A stretch of 64,000 nt of DNA from Acidobacteriota bacterium. Its GTDB lineage: Bacteria > Acidobacteriota > Terriglobia > Terriglobales > Acidobacteriaceae. Below are positions 27,140-36,088 of the stretch, in pieces; position 1 is the stretch's first letter, and each line of letters starts with the position of its first letter. The notes below the pieces were generated by a model. It saw only the letters and a list, made by a program, of their open reading frames with translations, ran no database searches and was not told the origin of the DNA. The stretch is taken from positions 948 through 64,947 of the forward strand of contig JAJZDM010000004.1 of assembly GCA_021806005.1 (NCBI GenBank). The letters run 5' to 3'. Made by a program: the position numbers and the translations under genes.

Positions 27140-27919
27140 TTACTGTTCGGAGTTGTCGTTCTCCTCGATGAGTGAGACGGTGCCAACCACGTCGTAGGTG
27201 GTGGGTTGCCCGCCGGTGAGCTGGAGGGTGGCGCGCATGGGGCTGCGCTGCCAGATGACGGGAGCGCAGACGGGGCCTCCAGCGGGCGAGGTCTGGCCGA
27301 TGGGGTGAGATGCGGGGGAGGAGGCGAGAGCGGCCGGGGAGGGTTGCGGCCAGCGGGCGAGCAGCTTCTCGACGATGGGCTTGCGTACGCCAAGTTGGGC
27401 GATGATGGCCATCACCCCGCCTTTGGCGCCTGTGCTGACGCCACAGTAGGCTGCATCGTCGCGGAACCAGAGGACGTTGGAGATGAGGGGATCGAAGTCC
27501 GGAAGATGAAGGGCTGTAATGTGCCCGGTGAGGCGGTCTACCATCAGCCAGGGGCCAGGCTGCCAGGTCCAGTGCACCGGTTCGGCGGGGAGAGAGTCAT
27601 TGATCCGCAGGGCACGGCGAATGACGAAGGTGCGGTCGGTGACGTCGTGCACCTCGCCCATGGTCCACTCGCGGCGCAGGCCGTCGACGTTGAGGGGGCG
27701 GATGCGCAGGGTGTCGGTGGAGGGGCTGGGCTGCGCTCCCTGGGTAGGCTGGGCGGACGGGTTGGCCTGGGGAGGGGTGTAGGAGACGATGCGGGCCGGG
27801 CCGAGGGTTACCGAGTGGGTTTTGGGTCCGGCTGCCGATGCCCGAGGGGTGACGGCGAGGGTGAAAAGGAGCAAGAAAAGCGGTAAGAGGGGCACTGGAG
27901 CCGGGCGAAGGGGCCTCAT
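27140..27919 (-). CDS. Hypothetical secreted protein
   Basis: ATG start and signal peptide MRPLRPAPVPLLPLFLLLFTLAVTPRASA. No recognised domain and no obvious SD. Confidence 0.5.
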   Translation of the reverse strand: MRPLRPAPVPLLPLFLLLFTLAVTPRASAAGPKTHSVTLGPARIVSYTPPQANPSAQPTQGAQPSPSTDTLRIRPLNVDGLRREWTMGEVHDVTDRTFVIRRALRINDSLPAEPVHWTWQPGPWLMVDRLTGHITALHLPDFDPLISNVLWFRDDAAYCGVSTGAKGGVMAIIAQLGVRKPIVEKLLARWPQPSPAALASSPASHPIGQTSPAGGPVCAPVIWQRSPMRATLQLTGGQPTTYDVVGTVSLIEENDNSEQ

Positions 27920-28281
27920 GGAGGAAGGGTAGCAGAGGTTGTTTCAGATAAGGTCAGTGCCGGTTGGGGGCCGGGTCGCGGGGAGGGAGTCGAGGTGGAT
28001 TGTCTGGGTGGCGGGTTCGGGCTGCGCCTGTGTGGGCCGTGAGAGGCGGGGATTGGAGCGGAGCGCCGGTGGTCCTTCCCAAACCATCAAAATTTCGTTA
28101 GACTTACAGATGGTGCGTGTACCTTCCGCCGTCTCTGTCTTCCCTCTCCGGTGCAGGATCGCCAGAGGCAGGCAGAGGCTATCAGAAGCCCACGAGACAG
28201 GTTTTTAGGGAAACTACTGCAGATGGAGCCGTCTGGCGCGACTTTGTGCAAGGAGCGTTGGGCTTTATCGAAGGAGACTGT

Positions 28282-28500
28282 TTGTCGAAGGAAGATGCAA
28301 TTGAAGTGATGGCGGTGGTCCTGGAGACGCTGCCGAATGCGTTGTTCAAGGTCGAGCTCGAAAACAAGCATCAGGTGCTGGCGCATGTTTCGGGCAGAAT
28401 GCGCAAGAACTTCATCCGCATCCTCCCGGGCGATCGAGTTGCCATTGAGCTGAGTCCGTATGACCTGAACCGCGGCCGGATTGTCTACCGCTACAAGTAG
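28282..28500 (+). CDS. infA: Translation initiation factor IF-1
   Basis: TTG start at 28282, 5 nt after AAGGAG, giving (M)[71 protein letters not shown] (72 aa). Confidence 0.92.
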   Translation: MSKEDAIEVMAVVLETLPNALFKVELENKHQVLAHVSGRMRKNFIRILPGDRVAIELSPYDLNRGRIVYRYK

Positions 28501-28543
28501 AGTCGGAGATGGTTTCAGGGAGTTGCGGGTCTGAGGCTCGTTA

Positions 28544-28585
28544 CTGGTAAGAGTGGTCTGGGGCCTGGCAAGAGTGGTCTGGGGG
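28544..28585. repeat. Tandem duplication, 2 x 21 bp (CTGGTAAGAGTGGTCTGGGGC / CTGGCAAGAGTGGTCTGGGGG)
   Basis: Read directly; 19/21 identical. Located in the infA-rpmJ spacer. Confidence 0.9.
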
Positions 28586-28652
28586 TGGAAGCGCCCTTGG
28601 ATCAAGGCCTGCGGGCAAGAAGCAGGAAGAGAGAAGCTGAGGAGTTGTTGAG

Positions 28653-28766
28653 ATGAAGGTTCGTGCGTCAGTCAAGAAGATCTGCGACAAGTGCAAGGTG
28701 ATTCACCGTCGCGGAGTGGTTCGCGTGATCTGTGAGAACGCGAAGCACAAGCAGCGCCAGGGATAG
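28653..28766 (+). CDS. rpmJ: 50S ribosomal protein L36
   Basis: Not in the ORF track (37 aa). Own translation: [41 protein letters not shown] lies upstream. Confidence 0.95.
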   Translation: MKVRASVKKICDKCKVIHRRGVVRVICENAKHKQRQG

Positions 28767-28895
28767 AGGAGTTCCGGATCTCTGGTTGAAGTGGCCCCAT
28801 CGGGCTAGTTCGCCGAAGTCAAGGCGTGCGATGAACCCGGAGGAGACCGCAGCGGATGCTTAGCTGCCGGTCAGCCGCTAAACCCATAACCCCGT

Positions 28896-28916
28896 CTGCG
28901 GAGAGGTGCTCCGCAG
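28896..28916 (+). promoter_or_regulatory. 8-bp hairpin (CTGCGGAG-AGGTG-CTCCGCAG) 20 nt upstream of the rpsM start; possible S4 translational-operator element
   Basis: Read directly. Its position is analogous to the E. coli alpha-operon leader structure bound by S4 (analogy only). Confidence 0.3.
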
Positions 28917-28936
28917 GCACAACCGAAAGGCACACC

Positions 28937-29317
28937 ATGGCCCGTATCGCCGGCGTCGATCTGCCTCCCCACAAGCAGGCTCGTATCGCCCTCACCTATA
29001 TTTTCGGCATTGGAAACCCGCGTGCGCTCAAGATTCTGGAGCAGGCCGGGGTGGATCCCTTTGCCAAGATGGCGAGTCTGGATGAGGATCAGCTCAACAG
29101 CATTCGTCAGGTTATTGAAGCCCAGGGCGGCATTGAGGGCGATCTTCGCAAAGAGGTATCGCTGAACATCAAGCGCCTGATCGAGATTCAGTCCTACCGT
29201 GGCCTGCGCCACCGGCGCAGCCTGCCGGTGCGCGGTCAGCGTACCCACACGAACGCTCGTACCCGCAAGGGACCCCGCAAGGGCACCGTTGCCGGTAAGA
29301 AGAAAGCGACGAAGTAA
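28937..29317 (+). CDS. rpsM: 30S ribosomal protein S13
   Basis: [26 protein letters not shown]... ATG at 28937 within ORF 28856-29317. Confidence 0.97.
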   Translation: MARIAGVDLPPHKQARIALTYIFGIGNPRALKILEQAGVDPFAKMASLDEDQLNSIRQVIEAQGGIEGDLRKEVSLNIKRLIEIQSYRGLRHRRSLPVRGQRTHTNARTRKGPRKGTVAGKKKATK

Positions 29318-29320
29318 CCC

Positions 29321-29743
29321 ATGGCCAAGTCACAGAATAAGGGTACCGGCGCGAAGGTCGGAAAGAACAAGAAGTTCAAGAGGCGTGAGCGGAAGAACGT
29401 TCCGTTCGGGCTGGTCTTTATCCAGGCCAGCTTTAACAACACGATTGTGACGATCACCGATCAGCAGGGCAACACGCTGAGCTGGAAGAGTTCGGGTTCG
29501 CTGGGCTTCCGTGGATCGCGCAAGGGAACGCCGTTTGCGGCGCAGCAGGCGGCGGTGGGAGCGGCAACAGCGGCTCGCGATCACGGCCTGCGCTCGGTTG
29601 ATGTGCGGGTAGCGGGACCTGGTTCGGGACGAGAGTCGGCGATTCGGGCCCTGGCGGCTGCGGGCATCGAGGTCCGCTCGATCCGCGACGTGACGCCGAT
29701 GCCGCATAACGGCTGCCGGCCACCCAAGCGCCGCAGAGTATAG
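29321..29743 (+). CDS. rpsK: 30S ribosomal protein S11
   Basis: ...[46 protein letters not shown]... Confidence 0.97.
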   Translation: MAKSQNKGTGAKVGKNKKFKRRERKNVPFGLVFIQASFNNTIVTITDQQGNTLSWKSSGSLGFRGSRKGTPFAAQQAAVGAATAARDHGLRSVDVRVAGPGSGRESAIRALAAAGIEVRSIRDVTPMPHNGCRPPKRRRV

Positions 29744-30003
29744 CGGCAGGCGGCGCGTCTGGAGCCAGCGCCGCAGCGTGTAGCTGAAGGCAGTGAGATT
29801 TCTTCCCGTTTCACAGTGCGACCGTGGAGCGGGAGATTTTGACTGGGTGAGATCGAGGCAGGCGGATTCAGGCGTTGGCCGCCGTGCATATGCGCGGCAG
29901 CCTGTATCCGCCGGCCTGATCTTGTATTGGATGATTTGGGATCGCGAAGAAGCGCTGCCAGCGTGTAAAGCGATCGACAACCGAAGTATGGGAGAGAGAG
30001 AAG

Positions 30004-30636
30004 ATGGCACGTTATACAGGACCTGTCTGCCGCCTTTGCCGGCGGGATGGAACAAAGTTGTTTCTGAAGGGCGCGAAGTGTTTTACCGATAAGTGCCCGG
30101 TTGAGAAGCGCAACTTTCCCCCGGGCCAGCATGGCCAGAGCAAGAAGGTGAAGAAGTTGATCGGCTATGGCCTGCAACTGCGTGAGAAGCAGAAGGCCAA
30201 GCGCATCTACTTTACGCTGGAGACGCAGTTCCGCGCCTACTACGAGAAGGCAGCGAACCGGACCGGAGTTACCGGCGAACTGCTGCTGCAGCAACTGGAG
30301 ACCCGGCTGGACAATGTCTGCTACCGTCTGGGCTTTGCGATGAGCCGCCGGCAGGCCCGCCAGGTGGTTCGTCACGGGCATGTGCAGGTGAATGGGCGCA
30401 AGGTGAACATTCCGAGCTTCCAGTGCAAGGTTGGGGATGTGATCGCTGTCCGCGAGGGTTCGCAGAAGATGGCGCTGCTGGAGTCGGCGAAGAACTTCGT
30501 CTCCGGGCAGAGCCGTGTGAACTGGATTGAAGCGGCGGCGGATGGTCTGTCAGGCCGCATCCTTTCCACGCCGAAGCGCGAGGACGTGAATCTGCCGGTG
30601 AACGAGCAGCTCATCGTGGAACTTTACAGCAAGTAA
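30004..30636 (+). CDS. rpsD: 30S ribosomal protein S4
   Basis: MARYTGPVCRLCRRDGTKLFLKGAKC...; S4 domain at the C-terminus. Confidence 0.97.
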   Translation: MARYTGPVCRLCRRDGTKLFLKGAKCFTDKCPVEKRNFPPGQHGQSKKVKKLIGYGLQLREKQKAKRIYFTLETQFRAYYEKAANRTGVTGELLLQQLETRLDNVCYRLGFAMSRRQARQVVRHGHVQVNGRKVNIPSFQCKVGDVIAVREGSQKMALLESAKNFVSGQSRVNWIEAAADGLSGRILSTPKREDVNLPVNEQLIVELYSK

Positions 30637-30673
30637 CCCGTTGATGTTTCTGGTAGGTGGTTCAGCTCCTGGC

Positions 30674-30723
30674 TGCGAGTCCGGTTGAGTATGCCAGCGA
30701 TGGCGTACTCAACCGGGCTCGCA
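30674..30723 (+). other. Long RNA stem-loop in the rpsD-rpoA spacer: 23-bp stem (21 Watson-Crick + 2 G-U) with GCGA tetraloop
   Basis: TGCGAGTCCGGTTGAGTATGCCA-GCGA-TGGCGTACTCAACCGGGCTCGCA. The two non-WC positions are G-U only in the sense (+) transcript. Confidence 0.6.
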
Positions 30724-30841
30724 GGGCGCCACGCAGGACGGGTACGGAGCCGAACCGATAACGCACTGAAACTCACTTAAACGCAGCAGGACCGTCAGCC
30801 GGGCAGAGTGCTTCGCACGGCGACGAATGAAAGGATTCACC

Positions 30842-31930
30842 ATGCTTTGGAGAGGTTTTCAAAAGCCCAAGCGTCTCGCCGTCGATCAAGAGACCCTGAC
30901 CAACACCTACGGGAAGTTTTCCGCGCAGCCGTTTGAGCGTGGGTTCGGCACGACCATTGGCAATGCGCTGCGGCGCACTCTGCTCTCCTCGATCGAGGGC
31001 GCGGCGGTGACTGCGGTACGCATTGAGGGAGTGTTGCACGAGTTCCAGTCGATTACGGGTGTTGTGGAAGACGCGACCGACATCGTGATGAACCTGAAGC
31101 AGATTCCGTTCAAGCTGAACGGGGATGGCCCCAAGGCGCTGTATGTGCGTTCGGATGCGGCGGGTGTGATTACCTCGGGGATGATCGAGGCGGACTCGGA
31201 TGTGGAGATTCTGGACCCCAATGTATACATCTGCACGGTCTCCGAGGGCGGGCGCATTGACATGGAGATGCGGTTGAAGCGCGGCCGCGGCTATGTCTCG
31301 GCAGACAAGAACTTTGACAGCGATCTGGGGATCGGGTTCATCCCGGTGGACTCCGTGCACTCGCCGGTGCGCAAGGTGAACTACCTGGTGGAGGCGGCAC
31401 GTCTGGGCCAGATCACCGATTACGAGAAGCTGACGCTGGAGATCTGGACCAACGGGACGATTTTGCCGGCCGATGCGCTGGGGCTCTCTGCGAAGCTGCT
31501 GAAGGATCACATGACGATCTACATCAACTTCGAGGAGGAGATGGAGGCCGGCGCCGAGGGCGGGCAGGATCCGATGACGATTCGCAATGAGAATCTGAAT
31601 CGTTCCGTGGAGGAGTTGGAGCTGTCTGTGCGCAGCTACAACTGCCTGAAGAACGCCAACATTGCCACTATCGGCGAGCTGATTCAGAAGACCGAAGCGG
31701 AGATGCTGAAGACCAAGAACTTCGGCCGCAAGAGCCTGAATGAGATCAAGGAGATTCTTGCCCAGATGGGACTCTCGCTGGGCATGAAGATCGACGAGCA
31801 GGGGAACCCGGTTCCGGGCCCGACGTCGGTTCTGCCGGCGGCGACGCTGGCGGCCAGCTATGCAAACTTTGACGACGAGGAAGAGGACGAGGAAGAGGAA
31901 GACCTCGACTCCGAGCCGGAGACGTTCTAA
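30842..31930 (+). CDS. rpoA: DNA-directed RNA polymerase subunit alpha
   Basis: [17 protein letters not shown]...; C-terminal acidic tail. ATG at 30842 within ORF 30827-31930. Confidence 0.97.
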   Translation: MLWRGFQKPKRLAVDQETLTNTYGKFSAQPFERGFGTTIGNALRRTLLSSIEGAAVTAVRIEGVLHEFQSITGVVEDATDIVMNLKQIPFKLNGDGPKALYVRSDAAGVITSGMIEADSDVEILDPNVYICTVSEGGRIDMEMRLKRGRGYVSADKNFDSDLGIGFIPVDSVHSPVRKVNYLVEAARLGQITDYEKLTLEIWTNGTILPADALGLSAKLLKDHMTIYINFEEEMEAGAEGGQDPMTIRNENLNRSVEELELSVRSYNCLKNANIATIGELIQKTEAEMLKTKNFGRKSLNEIKEILAQMGLSLGMKIDEQGNPVPGPTSVLPAATLAASYANFDDEEEDEEEEDLDSEPETF

Positions 31931-32165
31931 AGAAGCCAGCGTTGCGTTTGAGTGCCTGTTTGTGAGGGCGGCTGCCGAGGGAGCGCGCCAGCACGGATGG
32001 GCCAGGGGTTAGGAGATCTTCCCAAACGATGTTTTCGATGGGGTGCTGCGTGGCCGGTAGCTGCGCAGCACCATCGATCTCCCCCCCAGGAGCCAGACGC
32101 TTTGTCATCCACCATCCTCGGAGCAGTTCCGAGCCGGGCAGAAGCCCGGGTCGAAGGAGATCAAT

Positions 32166-32645
32166 ATGCGCCACCGTAACGGCGGCTTCAAGCTGGGTCG
32201 CAATACCAGCCATCGCCGCGCTTTGCTTCGCAACCTTGCGACGTCTGTGATTCTGAACGATCGCGTACACACCACTCTTACGAAGGCCAAGGCGGTCAAG
32301 CCGCTGGTGGAGAAGATGATCACGCTGGGCAAGAAGGGCAGCGTGCATGATCGTCGGCAGGCGCTGGCCTATCTGATGACCCCGGAGTCGGTGGATCGGC
32401 TGTTCCAGACCGTGGCGCCGCGTTACGGAGACCGCGCCGGCGGATACTCCAGGATTGTGCGCACCGGACCGCGCCAGGGAGATGCGTCAGAGATGGCCTA
32501 TCTGGAACTGCTGGGCGCGGAGCAAGATCTGAGCGAGAAGGCCCAGAAGCGCGCCGAGGCTCGCGCCAAGCGCCGTGAAGAGATGCAGAAGCAGATGGAA
32601 GAGAGTGGCCGTGCGGAGCCAGGTGAACCTGGAGCCGAGGGATAG
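32166..32645 (+). CDS. rplQ: 50S ribosomal protein L17
   Basis: MRHRNGGFKLGRNTSHRRALLRNLATSVI... Confidence 0.97.
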   Translation: MRHRNGGFKLGRNTSHRRALLRNLATSVILNDRVHTTLTKAKAVKPLVEKMITLGKKGSVHDRRQALAYLMTPESVDRLFQTVAPRYGDRAGGYSRIVRTGPRQGDASEMAYLELLGAEQDLSEKAQKRAEARAKRREEMQKQMEESGRAEPGEPGAEG

Positions 32646-32727
32646 CTTCACCTTTCTGTTGGAGCAACGCATTCTGTGCATGTTCCGGATTGGGCAGACC
32701 GGCTTCCGCTCTGCCCATGAGTTCGAA

Positions 32728-32760
32728 GAAAAGCGCACCCTACGGGTGCGCTTTTCTCGT
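32728..32760 (+). terminator. Rho-independent terminator after rplQ
   Basis: GAAAAGCGCACCC-TAC-GGGTGCGCTTTTC followed by TCGTATT. Confidence 0.75.
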
Positions 32761-32813
32761 ATTCCGATAGACTATCGGGAAAGGCTGATACGTAAGGAAG
32801 GCTCCCAACCCGA

Positions 32814-33746
32814 ATGCCCATCGTTGAACTGAATAAGATACGTAAGGTCTATGACACCAAGGTAGCCGTAGAGGGGCTCTCCCTGACTATGGAGCCGGGG
32901 ACGATGTTTGGTCTGCTGGGGCCGAATGGTTCCGGAAAGACCAGCACCATTCGCATGCTGATCGGCATGACCATGCCGGACTCTGGTTCGGTGAGGTTGT
33001 TCGAGAGGCCGCTGCAACGGGAGATGCTGAATCGAGTGGGGTATCTGCCCGAGGAGCGCGGCCTGTACAAGAAGATGAAGGTGCTGGACCAACTGGTCTT
33101 TCTTGGGCAACTGCACGGGCTGAGCGAAGCCGTGGCAAAGGAACGGTCACTGGCCTGGTGCGAGAGGATCCAGATCACCGAGGCGATCGGGAAGAAGACG
33201 GAAGATCTCTCCAAGGGTATGCAGCAGAAGATCCAGTTCATCGCGGCCTTGCTGCACGATCCGGAACTTGTGATTATGGACGAACCGTTCAGCGGGCTGG
33301 ATCCGGTGAATGCGGAGTTGCTGCTGAATACGCTGGTGGACCTGCGGCGCGAGGGAAAGACGGTGATGTTCTCCACGCACCGGATGGACCAGGTGGAGAG
33401 AATGTGCGATGCCATCGCCTTGATCTCACGGGGCAGGCTGGTGCTGAGCGGTTCGATGCGCGAGGTAAAGGCCCGCTACCCGAGGAATCGGGTGCAGGTG
33501 ATCTTTTCCGGGGATGATGGGTTTCTGGGGCATCCTGAGGTGGAGGAGGCGAAGAACTACGCGGGGCTTGCGGATCTGAAGCTGTACCACGAGGCGGGGG
33601 CGCAGCAGGTACTGGCCGAGGCGGTCGCGCGTGGCACGGTGGTGCACAAGTTCGAGGTGAAGGAGCCGACCCTGGAGGAGATCTTCATCGAACAGGTACG
33701 GGCCAGTTTTGGCGTGGAAGAGGCGGGGGTGAGCGCGAATGCCTAA
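32814..33746 (+). CDS. ABC transporter ATP-binding protein (ABC-2 / NatA-like)
   Basis: Walker A GPNGSGKTS, signature LSKGMQQK, Walker B LVIMDEPFSGLD. Confidence 0.9.
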   Translation: MPIVELNKIRKVYDTKVAVEGLSLTMEPGTMFGLLGPNGSGKTSTIRMLIGMTMPDSGSVRLFERPLQREMLNRVGYLPEERGLYKKMKVLDQLVFLGQLHGLSEAVAKERSLAWCERIQITEAIGKKTEDLSKGMQQKIQFIAALLHDPELVIMDEPFSGLDPVNAELLLNTLVDLRREGKTVMFSTHRMDQVERMCDAIALISRGRLVLSGSMREVKARYPRNRVQVIFSGDDGFLGHPEVEEAKNYAGLADLKLYHEAGAQQVLAEAVARGTVVHKFEVKEPTLEEIFIEQVRASFGVEEAGVSANA

Positions 33747-34968
33747 TCGGTTGCTGAATATCTGGCTGATCGCCAGGCGGGAGTATGTGGAGCGGATCCG
33801 CACCAAAGGATTTCTGATTGCGACGATTCTGATTCCGACCCTGATGGGTGGAGGGATGTTTGGCGCCGCGGAGCTGGCTGCCAAGTCGCAGACGGCCTCG
33901 CATATCGTGGTGTTGACCGCCCAGGCGCAGCCGGCCCAGGACCTGAAGCATGAGCTGGAGCACGGCAAGGACAGCAAGATGACGGTGGAGATTCTACCGC
34001 TTGCGACTCCGCATGCGGATCTGGACCAGAAGATGAAGGAGAAGCAACTGGACGGGTATCTGGTGATCGAGCCGGTGGCGGAGGCAGGGCAGCGGCCGGA
34101 GTTTGACTTTACGCCGCGCTCGACGGCCGATATCGCCACCACTACGGCGATTGAAGAGGCGCTGCACCGGGTGCTGATCCGTGAGTACCTTGCAGGCAAG
34201 GGACTTTCCAGCGCCCAGGCGGACGCCCTGCTGGCGCCTGTGAAGCTGAATCTGCTGGGCAAGAACGGAGAGCGAGGGAACTCCAGGACGGCCTTTCTGG
34301 TGGCCTATGTACTGTTCTTCCTGATGTACATGGTGGTGCTGCTGTACGGGATGAATGTGGCGCGGTCGATCATCGAAGAGAAGACCAGCCGGGTCTTCGA
34401 GGTTCTGCTGGCGACGATCCAGCCGGAGGAGTTGCTGGCGGGCAAGATCCTGGGCGTGGGAGCGGTGGGGCTGACGCAGGTGGGCATCTGGATGATCGCT
34501 TTTGGCCTGCTGGCTGCGCAGATGGGGGCGACCAGCGGGGTGCAGATAAGCCTGGGGCAGGTGATCTACTTTGTGGTGTACTTCAGCCTGGGCTATGCGC
34601 TGTACTCGGCGGTAGCGGCGGCGCTGGGAGCGATGACCAACTCCGAACAGGAGCTGCAGCAACTGAATATGTTCCTGATGCTGCCGCTCTTCTTCAGCAT
34701 CCTGATGCTGACGCCGGTGGTGACGAATCCGAACTCGGTTCTGTCACGGATCGTCTCACAGATTCCGTTCTGCGCTCCGCTGCTGATGAATCTTCGGGTC
34801 TCGCTCTCGATGCCGCAGCCGTGGGAGATCGCGCTCTCGATCGGGCTGATTCTGGTGACCATCTATGCGGTGTTGTGGGTGTCGTCGCGCATCTACAGGG
34901 TGGGCATTCTGATGTACGGCAAGAAGCCCAATCTGCCCGAGATCCTGCGCTGGATGAAGTACAGCTAG
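33739..34968 (+). CDS. ABC-2 type transporter permease (NatB-like)
   Basis: Overlaps the ATPase gene by 8 nt. N-terminal TM, a large extracytoplasmic loop, then 5 C-terminal TM segments. Confidence 0.8.
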   Translation: MPNRLLNIWLIARREYVERIRTKGFLIATILIPTLMGGGMFGAAELAAKSQTASHIVVLTAQAQPAQDLKHELEHGKDSKMTVEILPLATPHADLDQKMKEKQLDGYLVIEPVAEAGQRPEFDFTPRSTADIATTTAIEEALHRVLIREYLAGKGLSSAQADALLAPVKLNLLGKNGERGNSRTAFLVAYVLFFLMYMVVLLYGMNVARSIIEEKTSRVFEVLLATIQPEELLAGKILGVGAVGLTQVGIWMIAFGLLAAQMGATSGVQISLGQVIYFVVYFSLGYALYSAVAAALGAMTNSEQELQQLNMFLMLPLFFSILMLTPVVTNPNSVLSRIVSQIPFCAPLLMNLRVSLSMPQPWEIALSIGLILVTIYAVLWVSSRIYRVGILMYGKKPNLPEILRWMKYS

Positions 34969-35071
34969 GCGCTGGGCGGCCGCAGCGGCGCCGGACACCA
35001 GTTGGCCGACAAGTTCACCGCCGAGGGCGCCGTGTTGCAGAGGGGCGCAGGGGCGACGTACACTCTCTCGC

Positions 35072-36007
35072 ATGATACGGATCTCGCGCAAACAGTGCTG
35101 TGCTGCCATCGCGTTCATGGTGCTGGCCGGGGCAATGGCTCCGGGTGCAACGCCGGCCCAGGAGTGGGCCAGGGCGGCCCTGGACAAGAGTCCCCGCCAC
35201 GGTGAATACGTTACCATCCAGGAAGCCGGCGGACGCAGACTGCAGGCCTGGGTGGTGTATCCCGAGGTCAGCCGCAAGGCTCCCGTGGTGGTAATGGTCC
35301 ACGAGATCTTCGGTCTCAGCGACTGGGCCCGCGAGATGGCCGACCAGATCGCAGCCGCAGGTTATATCGTGGTTGAGCCTGATCTGTTGAGTGAACTTGG
35401 ACCGCCTTCGGCCGTGGCCGTTTCATCGCCCGCAGCGGCGGGTTCCGCGGCGGGTTCCGCATCGATGCAGATGCCGGAGAGCGCCACTGGTGCGCCGTTC
35501 GTAGCGGCGAAGCCGGGTGGTACAGCGGCGTTTCCGAATCAGGATGCCGTCGTCAAGGCCGTCTCGTCGCTGCCGGACGCCCAGATTGTTTCCGACCTGA
35601 ACGCTGCCGCCGACTATGGGAAGAGTCTCCCAGCCTCCAACGGCAAGGTGAACGTTGCGGGGTTCTGCTGGGGCGGTGGAGAGTCCTTTCTGTTTGCGAC
35701 GAGGCGGCATGATCTGAGCGCTGCCTTTGTTTTTTATGGGCCGCCTCCGCCGGCGTCGTCGATGGGGGAGATTACCGCGCCTGTGTACGGCTTCTACGCC
35801 GGGAACGATGCCCGCATCACTGCTACCGTTCCACAGACGGTGCAGGATATGAAGGCCGCGGGAAAGCTTTACCAACCGGTTATCTATCCCGGCGCCGGAC
35901 ACGGTTTTATGCGCGCGGGAGAGGCCCCGGACGCCAGTGCCGCCAATGCGGCCGCGCAGAAGAAAGGGATGCTCCGGCTGCTACGGCTGCTCAGCAACAA
36001 TGGCTAA
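35072..36007 (+). CDS. Dienelactone hydrolase family protein (secreted) with Ala/Ser-rich insertion
   Basis: Signal peptide; VVVMVHEIFGLSDWAREMADQIAAAGYIVVEPDLL...GFCWGGG...GAGHGF. Confidence 0.75.
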   Translation: MIRISRKQCCAAIAFMVLAGAMAPGATPAQEWARAALDKSPRHGEYVTIQEAGGRRLQAWVVYPEVSRKAPVVVMVHEIFGLSDWAREMADQIAAAGYIVVEPDLLSELGPPSAVAVSSPAAAGSAAGSASMQMPESATGAPFVAAKPGGTAAFPNQDAVVKAVSSLPDAQIVSDLNAAADYGKSLPASNGKVNVAGFCWGGGESFLFATRRHDLSAAFVFYGPPPPASSMGEITAPVYGFYAGNDARITATVPQTVQDMKAAGKLYQPVIYPGAGHGFMRAGEAPDASAANAAAQKKGMLRLLRLLSNNG

Positions 36008-36088
36008 GCGCCTGTGCCGAAGGCGACCGGCGAACCTGGGTGGGGTTCGCCAGGCCGCGTCGAGTGCGTCCGGCCGTCCGGTTTGCGC

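Noticed and set aside
26563-27393. 276-aa Pro-rich minus-strand ORF spanning the bactofilin upstream gap
   Set aside because: It overlaps both the bactofilin and the secreted-protein genes out of frame, and its Pro/Ser/Ala composition is typical of off-frame translation in GC-rich DNA.
28544-28585. Direct repeats as a possible CRISPR array
   Set aside because: There are only two immediately adjacent 21-bp units with no spacers, and no cas genes are in the window.
36029-36051. 8-bp hairpin GGCGAACC-N7-GGTTCGCC between the convergent DLH and Tat-protein genes as a terminator
   Set aside because: The stem is short and there is no U-tract on either strand, so it is too weak to list as a feature.
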